Notes: a model not told the origin generated them from the sequence alone. A stretch of 64,000 nt of DNA from Eledone cirrhosa (GCA_964016885.1 OZ024743.1:355384001-355448000); one strand, 5' to 3'; positions 30,595 through 45,574 are shown, numbered from the stretch's first letter. Made by a program: numbers and translations.

Positions 30595-30908
30595 AATATA
30601 TACAAATAATACAAATATGTATATATATATATATATATACATATATGTTTGTGTGTGTGTGTGTGTGAGTGAGTGTGTGTGTGTGGAGGAGTCTATATAT
30701 ATGTGTGCGTGTGTTTGTTTGGGTAGTTTACCAATAAAAATATAAATAACAATATTCATTTACTGATGATAGAACTCAATACGTGTAGTAGAGTTGGATT
30801 ATATATCTTGAGTTAGCTGGGACTCTAATTTTGCCTTTTGCAGTCAACAGGTGGAATAACACATCAAATATGACACGAATTCCAGTGAACTCATGTTATA
30901 TATGGTTG

Positions 30909-31076
<168 letters not shown>

Positions 31077-31550
31077 ACGGATAAAGAATGATTAACAAGG
31101 ATAAGCGATATATTAGGGTTTTATCCAAGCATTAACAAAAGCTTCATCGCTTAATATGCAATTAACAATGTTTTGAAATCGCTATCGTCAATAGTTGATT
31201 GGTTATTGCGACATTCGATTTTATATACGCAGCATAATGCAGGCACTAGGCGAATTATCAAAACACTTATCGTGGAACCAGTGATAGAACGGTTTTATAC
31301 CACCTGATTGTGTAGGACAGAACAAAGGAGACACACAAAATAAAAACCTAGTCACTGAGTAGGTCACAGAATGTGTGACGAAAGTGCTTTGACAACTACC
31401 ATCCGGTTATCGAACCAACCAACCAACCGGAAATTTATAATAAATTAAAGTGAAAACCAACAGGTGCGTGTGTTTTTATTGGCAACATGACTCTCCCAAA
31501 GTATAACAATATATATATGTGTGTGAGTGTAGGAGTGTGTATGTATATAG

Positions 31551-31626
<76 letters not shown>

Positions 31627-33229
31627 GTATCATCTCTGTGTCCAGAAAATTTGGCATCTAGCCGGTTAGTGTTTACAGAAAACACCTGAAATATATATTA
31701 TTATGCACACATCTAGTAATGATGGGGGCAAATTATGACTTGATCTATAAACTTGCTTCAAATCTCACACAAATCTCACTGAAATTAAAGCTTACCCCCT
31801 GTAAATGACAGAAGATAGGAAACTTTGGATAATGTAATTGTCTAACCTGATTAGTTTTTTTCGTTGATTTGGTATTGTCTGGCTAGGTTTACCTGCCGCA
31901 ATTTTCAATTTGCCAAGCTGTCTAAACGTATGTTATTACTCTAAGGGCCTACCATATCGAGTGCTTTGCTACTCATTCCTAATTGTAGGTCGTTAACTTG
32001 GCCACAGCCAAAGCTTCGGTTTTACTAAGCTTCCACTTGATAATGTAATCATATGTAGATTACATAGGATTGAAAAACAGGAGAGTTACTGCTGGAATAC
32101 CATTGATCCTATGCCTGCTCATCCATGTTTGATCTGGGGTTAAGTAAGAACTGTTACCATAGTTGTGATTTAACTTCATTTGGTCACTCATTAAAAGCTG
32201 TTTTAACGTTTACTATCTTGCAGGTGCTTTTTGAAGTTTGGCATCGCCAGACCACGAATCAGTTTCTTTCCTGCGGCAGTTTTCCAAGTCAACATACCTC
32301 TCTACTATTAATAAATAGTTTTAATATTTTCAGACAGCTCTCTCTAATACTGAATGTAATTACGTTAATGATTTAATTTATCTAAATAGACTGTAATTAT
32401 ATCTGTTAATATTTGTTAATTGTCTTTATTAAACATAACTGTTGCTACTGTGGATGATGATGACGACAACGACAACGAGATGTATGATGATGATGATGAT
32501 GATGAGGATGATGATCACGTTGTTGAAATTGATAGTGTAGTTTGATTGAGCACCTGGTGAGTCTGTGTACTGTCGGGTTTCAAATACACTTTAAAGTATT
32601 TGTTTACACAGTTATTTACCGAGTATTTCATCTTTGGATTTTTCAATAATTCCCACATTCCTGGTACATATAGTTTATATATTCTATTTCTTCTTTTGTC
32701 TGCTGTTGTTGTTGCTTAAGCCGAGATCAGCCTAGATCAATCAAACTTATGATCAACTGCATTTCCTTCTTGACCATTCCATGTTTTCGTTTGTGTAAGT
32801 TGTTGCTGTTAGCAGGTATCTACGATTACATTTATTCGATGTGTTCCTCCTTTTCATTTAAAACAGTAGAGTGTATTTTGAGAGATATAGATTTTGCTAT
32901 TTCAAGCAGATCCGGCAAACTTGTAGACCCTTTCGCGTTGACCCACGTCGAAGTTCTTTGTATAGACAGATGCGTGGGAAGTGCGGAGATTAAAACAATT
33001 TCCTTCTGCTATAATATAAATAAAAATTGTGAATAAAAGATTTCAAACGCTTCAACCTATTGCAATTATAACATTTTGGTGGATGCCGATTTACGAGTGG
33101 TTATTCGGAGATTGGTCTGTCACGATTTCACGATTTCAGTGTCTTAGACAGAGAAACAATACCACAAAAATAGCAAGAATTCGAATTAACCACCCATTCG
33201 TCACAAATTTGATACACTGATATCGTTAA

Positions 33230-33650
33230 ATAATTGTTTCTACTTTTGGCACAAGGCCAGCAATTGCCCAGTGTATTACTGGTACTTTATTTTATCGACC
33301 CCGTATGTATTAAATGCTAAACTATATTTTGCTTTCCACTGTAAATGTAAGTATTTGTCAGACGTTACTCTACTCTTGCTTCATTTTTAACCTTTGTTTC
33401 ACAATTAGACATCAAGATGCTTACTAGTTATGGATGGGTAGAAATGCTAGAATGTTTGATAAATGTTTTGCGATATTTTTTCGGCCCTTTGCGTTCTGAT
33501 TTCAAATCCCGTTGAGGTCAATTTCGCCTCTTATCCTCTCGGGGTCGATAAAATACTAGTGATGTACTGGAATTGATATGATTTAATTGACTTTCTCTTT
33601 CCTGCAAAATTGCTGAAATTTTGCCTCAATTAAAAGCCGTTATTGTTATT
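33230..33650. mobile_element. SINE fragments (33230-33303 -, 33435-33650 +) of the GGGGTCGATAAAATAAAGTACCAG family
   Basis: Both match the family core. Confidence 0.7.
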
Positions 33651-34099
33651 AGGAATATCATTTTCCTGTATTTTACTGTTCGGTTTCCGTCAGTGATTAT
33701 GTCCTTTAGCATCACATTTTATTCCATATTCCTCCAGTCGAATCGGCAGGCCAAAAGAAGTCGTACCTGTTATTGAAAGAGGCAACCTTGTCATCTCCAT
33801 CAGAAATATGTTAAGCCGTGTGAATAATTTTAACCTCCTCCCTGGTAAGTTGTGTGTGTTTAATGGCACACATCCAGTGCCTTATTTGTTATATATTCCC
33901 TATATGTTTATTTTCTTTTTATAGTTCTTACATTCATATTCTCAATATTTTCTTTACATTTTATCACCTGGTATTTTCGTCTATCACGGTTCATCCTATA
34001 CACTATATTTTTATTTATTTATATGTAGGCATATATGTATGTGTGTACAGAACTATATATGGACGTATCTGTCTATGTATATGCATGTATGTGCGTGCA

Positions 34100-34130
<31 letters not shown>

Positions 34131-34249
34131 ATACATATGCATAATGCATAATGTTTAAATATTAGGTAGTATGGGCTCGACATCACCAATGCTGGAACCA
34201 ATGGACGTGTTAAGTATAATTAGTTACAACATACAACAGTGACTGTAAC

Positions 34250-34289
<40 letters not shown>

Positions 34290-34415
34290 CAAGAGCGTGA
34301 AACTAATAAACCTTTGTTCGTACTGCCTCTCTGTTTTGTTCCCGTTCCATTTTTCACTATATATATATATTAGAATATAAATATTAATAAAATAGATGTT
34401 CTTTTGATCAATTAC

Positions 34416-34468
34416 ATTTTATTATACATATTTCGGATGTACAACAGTACGTCCTCATCAGACAAAAT
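34416..34468 (-). ncRNA. Type I hammerhead ribozyme, canonical core
   Basis: TTTTGT-CTGATGA-GGACGTAC TGTT GTACATCC-GAA-ATATGTAT-A-ATAAAA. Related to 45216 and 57790. Confidence 0.85.
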
Positions 34469-34560
34469 ATAATGATAGATGACATACCCTGAGATGTTAA
34501 ATGGTTAAGATTTAAAAAAGGTAGTGATTAACCTAAGAGAAAATTTAACATTTATACCCT

Positions 34561-34724
34561 AATAATTGTTTCTACTTTAGGCACAGGGCCAGCAATTAAC
34601 CAGTTCATTACTGGTACTGAAAGGCAAAGTCAACCTCGGCGGGATTTGAACTCAGATCGTAAAGGGACGTAACTATGCTGGAAAGCATGGCGTCCGACCC
34701 TCCACCGATACTGCCAATCCACCC
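34561..34724 (-). mobile_element. tRNA-derived SINE with internal deletion
   Basis: A-box TGGCAGTATCGG, B-box GTTCAAATCCC, tail GTAGAAACAATTATTA. Confidence 0.85.
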
Positions 34725-35279
34725 TAATAATGAGAAAATGCGAAAACGTAATAAATTCAATAGAGAATGTGTGAGTAAGAAAAACATTGCTTAATGTACC
34801 AGTTATCGAGATTTTAATATGTATGATACTACAATTTATCTAAGAAAGCATTTCATGAATTATAACAGTCAGTGAGAGCCACTGGAAAAGAGAGGGAAAG
34901 ATGAGGGGGGTAATGTATGCAGAAGGAGATTTTTTTCCGAAACTTAAACGGTTAAGTTTCAAAATATTTAATTTATGTTATCTTAGGGTGAAGAATCAAG
35001 ATTTTAGTTTTTTTTTTTTTTAAATTGGCGGTTATTTATATATTAGTTTTGTAAATTTTATAAGTGTGTTAACATTTCTAAGCTTCTGAATTTTTTGAGG
35101 ATAACATTTAAAGGATTTAGCTGGCCATTAATAAGGAAAGTTTACACTGTTGAATATTTTCCTAAATGTAATCTTTAATGAAGTTAATCATTGTCAACGT
35201 ATTAGGTATGTAAAGCTTTTGAAGTACTTATTGTATGTGTATGTATATATATATATATACACATTGAATATCCTTTCTG

Positions 35280-35364
<85 letters not shown>

Positions 35365-35422
35365 CTCTCTACCTATTGATCACTCTCACCACACCCTCTC
35401 TACTTCCATCTTCATCAAACCA

Positions 35423-35459
<37 letters not shown>

Positions 35460-35463
<4 letters not shown>

Positions 35464-36540
35464 GGAAAATTTGAACAGGAACAAAACAGAGAAGCAGTAC
35501 AACGAATGTTTATTAATTTCACGCTCTTGAGAGTGGGGTGGTGGTGGGGAACGACGTTTCGGGCATAAGCCCTTCTTCAGGTGAAAAGTGTGTGGGAAGA
35601 GAGTTCAAAGGGTGTGTAGGGGAGTGGTGGAGAGACATATAGCAAAAAGGGGGTGGGAGGAAACGGTGCAAATGAAATTAAAAATAAAAGCATGATCAAA
35701 ATAAAATTAAAATGGGGTGAAACAGGTGGGGGAAGGGTGTGGGGCGTGTAGGGGTGGTGGCGGGTGGAGTGGGGAGAGGGAGACGGGGTGTCCGAGCGGG
35801 GAGGGCTGAAGGTGGTGTGTGTGTGTGTGTAGGTGTACGTGTGTGTGTGTGTGTATGTGAAAGCAAAGGTTGGGGGAAGAACGGGTTTGCATGTTCAGGA
35901 CGAGGTGTGTGTGGGGTGGGGTGTAGGTCGGAGTGTGTGTGCGTGTGTGGATAGAGGGGTGGGGGGAGAGGAATCCGGAGGCTGAATGTGTAAATATGTG
36001 GTGGAATGCACGTGTGTGTGTGGTGTTTAAGTGTGATGTGGGTGTAGGTGGCGTGTGGGAAAAACATTTTTTTTTGTGGGGAGAGGGGGGAGGTCGAAGG
36101 CTAAAGGAATAAGGGTGTGGAGTTCAGACTGGGGGAGTGTGGGTCTGTAAGATGAAGATGGTTCGTTGTTCAACTCTGAGGAGATTGGCGGGTGTTCCGT
36201 GGCATTGGAGTAGGCCACAGACTGTGAGATGGCGTGCGGAATGTCCAGGGGCACCAAAGTGGCGGGCGATCGGGGAACTACCACCGAGACGAATATCCCG
36301 GAGGTGCTCAGTGAATCTGTCCGCCAGTGCTCAGTGAATCTGTCCGTAGAATAGGTTGGAGGAGATGCAGCGGAAGGCATGCCGGACAGAGAGAGAGTGG
36401 CCGTTGGGACCCTGGAAGGTGGTGGTGTTGGTGATGTGGGGACAGGTGTTGAAGCGGGGCCTAGAACAGGGAAAGGAACCGGGCGGAGCGTGGGTTGGGG
36501 GGTAGGGAGCTGTGGACGAGGAGGGTGCGGAGATTGCATA
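35460..36540 (-). mobile_element. PLE-type 3' region (C-rich) ending in a pLTR with a minimal HHR at 35551-35582
   Basis: AC-CTGAAGA-A-GGGC TTAT GCCC-GAA-ACGT-C-GT. The tail resembles 34290-34358. The upstream boundary is uncertain. Confidence 0.65.
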
Positions 36541-36974
36541 TATATATATATATATATATTTATTTTGCGCGGTTTTTGATATGAAATCGTGTGTCGAAAC
36601 AAATATTGTTATACTTGGGGAGGGTCATATTGTTGTAATAATATTCCCAGAAATAATAACTGAACACATTCACCGTTTGGTTGGTTTTCGCTTCTGCATC
36701 TTTTATATCTCCATAGTTAATTTATTTGGCAATCAATGTTTATCATTTACTGACCAACGGTCAAAAAAACAGATATAAATATATATATATAGTCTAACAA
36801 TGTTCTTTCGTTGCACCCTTGAAATATATATAATAGAATAAATATGGTTTTATAAATATAGTTTCCATTTATTTAATAACATTGAATATTAAATTCCAGA
36901 AACTGTCGAGCGCTCTGAATCAGTTATAATCATTTATATTTGTTAAATTACCAACAAATTGAATATCCCTTCTG

Positions 36975-37178
<204 letters not shown>

Positions 37179-37188
37179 TATATACATT

Positions 37189-37790
37189 CTCTACCTATTA
37201 ATCACTCTCACCACACCCTCGCTACTTCCATCTTCATCAAACCAACAGACTCCCAATCTCACCATGACTTTACTTCCTCCCATCCAACCCACACCAAACA
37301 CTCCATACCCTATTCCCAATTCCTCCCTCTTCGTCGGCTCTGTAGCCAGGACGACGATTTCGAAACCCATTCCCTTCGCATGGTTTCCTGCTTCATCCAG
37401 CGTAGATATCCCCCCACCCTGATCCAAGCTGCTCTCCGTGAAACAGACCGCACCACAGCCCTCTCACCTCACCCCCGCCCTCCCAACACCCGCGTTCCTT
37501 TCCCTCTCACCTACCATCCCATCACCCTACCATTACGGCGACATATCCTCCGTTCCTTCCGCATCCTCTCTTCTCGCCCCGTCACTTCTCGCTTTTTTCC
37601 AAACCCACCCATTACTGCTTTTCAGCGCACCCGCAACCTCCGCGACAACCTGATTCGCAGTTCCTTCTCGTCCTCTCCCACGACTCCACCCGGCTCTCAT
37701 CCTTGTTCCCGTTCCCGCTACAACACTTGTCCCTTTTATTTCCACCCTCACCACTCTTACAGGCCCTAACAGGTCTTTCCGTATCCGCCA
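37189..37790 (+). pseudogene. PLE RT thumb/linker fragment of a second family
   Basis: FIKPTDS..FTSSHPTHTKHSIPYSQF..RRLCS..RRYP..PLTYHP..AFQRTRNLRDNLIRS..PCSRSR.NTC. Confidence 0.85.
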
Positions 37791-37799
37791 ATCTCCAAA

Positions 37800-38620
37800 T
37801 CAGTACCCGCCCACTTTTGTTGAATAGACTTTCGTATCGAAAGAATCATATCAGTTTCTGGCTCTACGAAGCCAGCCAAGATCTACCAGATGTTAATGTT
37901 TGGGGGAATATTTTTAATTTTTATTTTTTTGTCCTTTTTCCCATGTATGTAGGGAAAAAGGTGAATGCTTTTGACACCATTGGTGTCACAGTATGTTTTT
38001 GGGCGAGTGCCTGGCTTTTAAACAGTACGGAAACACTTCCGTACTCTTTTCCTCGTTGGAGAAAATCGATATTTGCTAGAATATCTGCTTGACTAACAAA
38101 TATCGGCTTTCTCGTGGAATTGGACACAGTCCTAAAGGCGACTGATCTTCGAACTGTGTCTTCTTTTATTTCAAGGGGTGAGTTAATTCTAAACCCTCCT
38201 TTCTCTTCGAAAGTTGCAAATTTTCTCCCTTGGAGATGTCAAGATTTATAAAATCTTGTTTTTTGTTCACTGTTTCAACGAAACAGATTTTCTTTTTTTG
38301 TGTGGTGTTGCTGTTGTTGTTGTTGTTATCGTTGTTAGCCTTGGTGTTGGAAATCTCAGTTCCTTGACGAGGTGAAACTTTATGTGTAGATGTATCTGTG
38401 GAGTTGTTGATGTCTTTTTCATGTGTATGTATGTTAATAGGTTTAATTTCTGTGTTTTCATGTGAGTTAGTGTTATTTTTCTCCGCTCCGACAGTAGAAA
38501 TTGTACAATTTTCGAATGGTAACATTTTTTCCTCTTTGTTGACAGTCGTATCTATGGCGACGTCCATAGTAGCAGAAGCAGATATAACGTTAAAATCAGC
38601 CTCTTTCTCTCTCTTTTCTC
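37800..38620 (-). pseudogene. Possible ORF1 remnant of a Tx1/L1-like LINE
   Basis: Low-complexity N-terminus, then IDFLQRGKEYGSVSVLF..FPTYMGKRTKK. The resemblance to LINE ORF1 RRM regions is from memory only. Confidence 0.4.
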
Positions 38621-38845
38621 CAGCGTTCCCTTCGTGTTATTCATATTTTATAGTTTAAAAAATTTGATATTTTAAAACAATTTTTAAATTAAATTTTCGA
38701 AAAATGGGATTACCACCCAGCTGAAAATTCAGCTTGGGGGTTAATCTACAAAATAATATGTTTTTTCAAACAATTTGTTCTGTTTTTCGTATATAAATTT
38801 ACAAAAAATCTTACCGGCGATGTTCCACGCGTCAGGCAGAAAGAG

Positions 38846-38914
<69 letters not shown>

Positions 38915-40278
38915 TATGGGTGCGTTTATATATGAAAGTGTGACAATGTATTTGAGAATGTTTGTATATATGCATTTAGGAATGTATGCATATATGTGTG
39001 TGGGGGGGGGGGGGGTGCGTGTGTATGTGTGGGTATGTGTATCCAATTGTATATGTGAGTATCTATGCATGTAAATGTAAGCATATACAATGTTGGGTGT
39101 GGAACTTGGAAGAATGGGTTAAAATATTAAAACGTATGTGTCTATATATGAATGAATGAATATGTGCGTCTCTACGTATATATGCATCTATATATATATA
39201 CATGTATATATCTGCGTATATATATATATATGTGTGTGTATGTGTGTGTGTGTGCGCGCGTGCGTGTGTGTGTGTGTGTGTGTCTGTGTGTGTGTTTCTT
39301 GGAGACGTGAGTATCTATGTATAAGTGTACGGTTGTGAACAGTGGAGGTGCAAGGATTGTATTCAAATATTTATGTGTGCATGTATAAATAAATATATAT
39401 GTGTGTATTATATAAATGTATGTATGTGTCTATGTATATATGTATGTATTTATGTATGAATGTATCTATGTGTTTATGTATTTATATGTGAGGATGACTA
39501 TATATGTTTGTATAGGAATGTATGTTTGCAACTGTATATATGTATGTGATTATATATGTATGAGTCGGAGTGAGAAGGATGGGTAGAGAGGCCTGGGTTG
39601 AAAAGTGAAAAGGTAAGCCAAAGTGAAATTAAAGTGAAACAAACCACAAAGGATAGAGGAAAGTTGAGAAGAGGTGGGGAGAAAACGATATGAAATTCAG
39701 CATTAAAAGGCGGCTCCGTATGAGCAACCAACACGAGAAGGGGCGGATGAGATGGAGTATTGTAGCGATAGATGAAGGGGAAGGAAAAGAAGGGGAGGAA
39801 GAATGTAATAGAGTAAGACGAAAATGAAAGTGAAAGTGAATGTAAAAGCATTCTGGAAATAATTAACAATATAGACTTCAGTCGATGAAATAGTAAATGC
39901 TAATGATGAGACATATATTAGGCATGTGTTGGGTTCGATTCAGCCTTGCGTAGACGTCATACGTAAACTGGAGCCACCGATACAATAAATTGGCTTTTCT
40001 GCTCACGAACATTGGTAAGAGGCATCAGCTAATGGAATGTGGTGGTTATCATTAATCAGATAATTTCAGACGGCAGTGCCTAGTGTGGCGTGAGTTGCAG
40101 ATTTCTTCATTAATTGTTGCGATTGGAGACAGCAAATATTGCTGAGATCATATATACCAAGACATGCAGCAGTGGCACATTCACTCTCTCTCGCTCTCTC
40201 TCTGTCTCTCTCTCTCTCTGTCTGTCTCTCCCTCTCTCTCTCTCTCTCTCTTCCTTTCTCTCTCTCTCTACCTCCCTC

Positions 40279-40355
<77 letters not shown>

Positions 40356-41184
40356 GGGGAGAGATAGATATACATGCATGTGTGTGTGTATGTATGATTA
40401 TGTGTATATAAATCTACATATACAAATTGAATGAGAGAGATATGTGAATGTATAGATTGCTTTTGATTAATTTATCTCTCTTTCTTTCTCTCTCCCTTTC
40501 TTTACCTCTCCCTTTCCTCCCTTTCTCTTATTAGCAAATATCCCATCTTTCTTATTCTATTTCTAATATACATACAGTTATTAAATATATATATATACTT
40601 AGGCAGAGAAGGGACAGACAAGCAGAAATGGAGAGAGATAAAGCGAGAGAAAGAGAGAGTGATAAGACTAAATATTTCTTTCTTTTGCTCTCCTCTTTAA
40701 GACACTCCGCTCTCCCTACTTCTAACATGCTGGCTTTTCTCTCGCTCTTTCTTTATCAACGTCTTTCTATGAGGCTCTCTATTATTGTCTCTCACGATAA
40801 ACAAACTCTCTTTTGTATTTCTTTGTCTTTCACTCTAATACCCTCCCTCTCTTCTTCCCAATAATATAACTCTTTCTAATATAACTCACTCTTGTCTTTC
40901 TCAATTAAAGAATCATCTTAACAATTTATCTCTAAATCAATCAACCTAATTAAAGTTCATCTATTTATTTGTTTATTGATCGTTTTATCTATCCAAGTAT
41001 CCATTCCCTTCTATCTCTATTTATCTATCTAAATACATAAATGCATATCAATATATCTATACCAATATCTATATCTGTAAAATTATATGTTTGTATACAC
41101 ACATTATACATTCATACATATTTATATATATATATATATACATATACATATACATATACATATATATCTATATATCTATCTATC

Positions 41185-41860
41185 AGATGCGTGTGCGACG
41201 AGGAAACCGTTGCACAAGCATTGGTACACTGCTCGGGCGTAGCCGATCTGTGGGGCTATGTCGAACAACTGCTCTCAAGGGTGGGACCGATCCGGTTGAC
41301 CACCGAGTCTATTGTAATGATCAAGCCACCTCCCCCCTTCAAAGATGAAGCAGAGGCGGTGTTTCTGTGCGTAATAGCCATGGCGAAAGAGGTTGTATGG
41401 TGGACGCGTCTGAAAGGACTGAGGTCAGGCACCTTTCTCTCTGGCCAACAACTGGTCCGTTTCTTCCGATATCATTTCGGAAGAAGGATCAGGATGGAGA
41501 GAGAGGTGCTGCACCCCAGTCGTTTTTATGAAAGGTGGGTGAAAGTGGCGAGAATGGCCCGTGTGAATGGGCCTTCTCTTTACATAAGCCTGTAGGTAGA
41601 AAAGAGGAAGGAACGAGGGAGCACCCCCTCTCTGTGCTCCTGAGGAAAAGGGTTGCACACTTTTTTCGGGGGTGTGTGCGACCCCCCAAGGCGCCTCCTC
41701 TCTATTGAGGATTTTGTTATAAATTTTATTTTTTGTTATATCTTATTTTATTTTTATATTTTGTTATTGCCTCCTCCTTATTGAGGACGCCTTTTTGTGT
41801 AAACTCCCCCCATTGTACTTGTCCCACTTTTGATGCCCTGGTGGCAAATAAAAGAAACAT
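41185..41860 (+). mobile_element. Tx1/L1-clade LINE 3' end (C-terminal Cys/His region and 3' UTR) inserted in (TCTA)n
   Basis: C..EETV.QALVHC..V..LW..V..AK..VW..R. Ends AATAAAAGAAAC. Related copy at 44384. Confidence 0.75.
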
Positions 41861-41869
41861 ATCTATCTA

Positions 41870-41933
<64 letters not shown>

Positions 41934-42348
41934 TACACACATTTATGTGTGTAAATTTGCAATTCATATATTCGGGGTCGCAACATAAGGTATCAGTCCA
42001 ATACTCGGGTAGTCTCTTTTCTACCTCTCTCTCTTCCTTTTTCTCTCTTTCTCACTCATTTTCCTTTCCCCACGAAGTAGTCAGCTTTCGTCAAACATGG
42101 AGAAAAAGATGGGCCGAACCAGGTTTAAATGCCCAAAGTACGCCATATGTCACCCGGTGACCCTACGGCTCCATTAGACATTAAGGAATCAATTATATAC
42201 ATATATAAAGTTATATCTGTATAAATACAATGTGTGTAACCAAAACTGAACCGACATGTATAAATATATACATATATCTAATATGTAGGTATGGGAACAT
42301 GCCAGAAAATACGAATTTCCTTGTAAATTGAAAAACAAAGATAAACAT

Positions 42349-42390
42349 CCTTAATCGATTTTCGGAAATTATTGGACCCTCATCAAATGG
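42349..42390 (-). ncRNA. Degenerate hammerhead ribozyme
   Basis: TTGATGA-GGG..TCC-GAA-AATCGATT-A-AGG. C3U is uncompensated and stem I is weak. Confidence 0.45.
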
Positions 42391-42943
42391 TGTGTATATG
42401 ATCCAATCAGCAACACGGGAACGAACAAGTATTTGATAGCTCTATATGCACATTCACGCTTAGTGGACATTCACTCTGAAGTGGTCATACTCATTTGCAT
42501 TTAATTAGCTCTCGTTGGTACACATTTGAAATTGTTTTTATTTCAAATCCACACCCCTATAAAAAAAAGAGAAATTAATTTCATGAATTATTTGCCTTTA
42601 TCAAAAATAAAATAATGTTTCTTCTTTTTTTTTGTGAATAATTTTTTTCTGTTAGAGCCACATATAAAAACCATTGGAATTTTTTATATTTACACTATAC
42701 AAATAGATCATATCGTAGCTTCCTCCTACCTAAGGGACAGGTTGTATTTTACACACATTCTCACTCATTTTAAAACATGTTATTGTTCCTCTGAAGAGAG
42801 GGAACGTAGAATTATGTTTATATATCAATGCCTATATAGATATTGATTATGAGAATTGTTTCATAACATTTCAAAGGAAATAAATATGATTTAAAAGATA
42901 ATCTTTCCATCTATACACATGTATGTATGTATATATATGTATG

Positions 42944-42986
<43 letters not shown>

Positions 42987-43250
42987 AGATGACAACATGA
43001 ATGGACCTCTAAAAACATTTTTTCTAATTCCCATCCCTTCAATCTTTCTCATTTCTCATTCCTTCTTCTGGTGAAGGAAACGTTAAGACCCTCTTCCTGT
43101 TATTTCAAGCGTTAACCTAATATATTCCTTCCATATACTGTACCGATTCTGTTGTTACTTCTGTTTATCTTTTACATATTATATATAGATACTAGTGTAT
43201 ATGTATGTACATATATATCTGTTATATACACATATATATATATATATCTG

Positions 43251-43306
<56 letters not shown>

Positions 43307-43378
43307 ATACTTGGGGAGGGTCATATTTGCGTAATATTGTCAGAATTAATACTTTTTCCTATATATATATATATATAT

Positions 43379-43582
43379 ATAGGAAAAAGTATGACCCCGA
43401 CGGCAGACCTCAAGCCGTTTCGACGGCTATTTCTGGACTGAAATAACCGTCCAAAATAGCCGTCGAAACGGCTTGAGCTCTGCCGTCGGGGTCATACTTT
43501 TTCCTATTTCCCCCTCTACTACCCTAAGAATTGCGTTATCTGGTGCGTTATGGTCCATCTGGTTCCTTACCACAATTCCTTT
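43379..43582 (+). mobile_element. Family A fold-back (hairpin 43379-43507) plus a 75-nt tail
   Basis: The arms mirror each other, and the spacer preserves the 5' strand of HHR stem II. Confidence 0.9.
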
Positions 43583-43672
43583 ATATATATATATATATAT
43601 ATATAAAAAGTGGTGTATATGTATATATATATGTGTGTGTGTATATGTTTGTGTATGTGTGTGTGTGCGTGC

Positions 43673-43827
<155 letters not shown>

Positions 43828-44275
43828 CATGATGATGCAGCTTGCTTTTTAGTTTTCTTTCTCCCATCATTTAAGTGGTCAAGATTTGATAAATTATATC
43901 AAACCACTTCAATGCTAGGTAACTTGTACGTGTTTCTAGTAGTGTTTTAACGATAAAAACCTGTGATTTACCTTTGATATGTGTTGAGATGACAGCAAAG
44001 AACTGAACTTGAGGAGAAAAATATTGCGTTCCGTGTGATGAAATGCAATGTGGTGAAGAATGAGACTGAAAGGAAAGATATTTTCCTCTTCTGTTGTGTA
44101 TGATGTATTTATTTTGTTTTGTTTTTGTCTTTCTTGTTCTTCGTTTACCGTGCTTTCTTTTGCTGCAAATTACTGAACTAACCAAATAAACAAGTTTCTT
44201 AGTTTATTCAGCGGTGTTGGTGTTGTGCAATCTCCGATAACAGAAGATGCAGAAAGATGTTGATGATGGCGATTA

Positions 44276-44364
<89 letters not shown>

Positions 44365-44383
44365 GTTGTTGTTATTATTATAT

Positions 44384-44940
44384 GGGCGGATCCGACTATT
44401 AACGGAGTCCATTGTGAATATCGCCCCGCCGTCCTCTTTTAGAGGGGAAAAACAGGCAGTTTTATCTGCCTGGTGGCCATGGCAAAAGAGATCGTGTGGT
44501 GGTCGCGTTTGAAAGGGTTGAAGACAGCCATTTTCTTCTTCGGTGAAGCTTTGATTAACTTTTCCAGATTTCATTTGAAGAGGAAAATCAGGATGGAGAG
44601 GGAGGTGCTGCCTTTAACCAGTTTGTTGAAAGGTGGGTGAGAGTGGCCAGCATGCCCCGTGTGAATGGACCTGCCTTGAGCATACGCCTGTAGATTGAAA
44701 AATAGGGAGAGAGAAGTTTGCCTTGGCGGACAGGGCAACCGTGGCTTTTGTGGGATTTTTACACGAATGACCCTTAGAGTCTCCTCACCTTTGAGGAAGT
44801 TGTTATGTTTATTTTCTTCGTCTCTTTTGTAAATTTTATTTTGCACAAAGAAAAACCCACACTGTATCGACCTGTACCGTCTTTAATGTTTCCTTAATGT
44901 GAGCCCTGAGTAGCTAATAAAGAAATCATTATTATTATTA
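44384..44940 (+). mobile_element. Tx1/L1-clade LINE 3' end, degenerate, inserted in (TTA)n
   Basis: GRIRLLTESIVNIAPP.. is homologous to the 41185 copy. Ends AATAAAGAAATC(ATT)n. Confidence 0.75.
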
Positions 44941-44946
44941 TATATA

Positions 44947-45134
44947 GGGCGGTATATTGGCAGTATCGGTAGAGGGTCGGACATGCTTTCCAGCATAGTT
45001 ACGTCCCTTTACAATCTGAGTTCAAATCCCGCCGCGGTTAACTTTGACTTTCATCCATACGAGGTCGATGAAATAAAGTACCAGTAATGTACTGGATAAT
45101 TGCTGGCCTTGTGCCAAAAGTAGAAACAATTATT
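44947..45134 (+). mobile_element. tRNA-derived SINE with Nin/Deu-like central domain
   Basis: A and B boxes, TTTCATCC..GAGGTCGAT.AAATAAAGTACCAG core, and family tail. Confidence 0.85.
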
Positions 45135-45215
45135 ATATATACACATATATATATAATTAAAAGCCATGACTAAATAATAACCATCAACATGGTCATGGTA
45201 TGTCAGGCATCAACT

Positions 45216-45281
45216 TATTTTATCTGATGAAGACGTACTGTTGAAATAGCTCAGTACCTCTGAAATATGTATAATAAAATA
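45216..45281 (+). ncRNA. Type I hammerhead ribozyme, canonical core; degenerate copy at 57790-57853
   Basis: ATTTTAT-CTGATGA-AGA.GTACTG..CAGTAC.TCT-GAA-ATATGTAT-A-ATAAAAT. Confidence 0.85.
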
Positions 45282-45388
45282 TATTTGATCGCATGAATGT
45301 CTATATTACATTAAATTTTCAGCAAACAGGGGAGATAAAGTTGACAGAGCTATACACATATATATACATATATATATATTTATATTTT

Positions 45389-45421
<33 letters not shown>

Positions 45422-45574
45422 GTATATACATATATATATATGTGTGTGTATATATATACATATATATATATATTAGAAAATATATAGCTTTCACCGTATT
45501 TTTAACTAAAGGAATTTTAGCTTGATAACGGGGTTTAGAACCCTCAGATAAATGGAAAAAGATGAGTAATGACG

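Noticed and set aside
31690-32400. Exon-like unique sequence with splice-like sites
   Set aside because: No consistent open frame or recognisable protein.
36027-36602. Pro-rich 191-aa ORF
   Set aside because: C-rich low-complexity sequence that spans a (TA)n tract and a repeat boundary.
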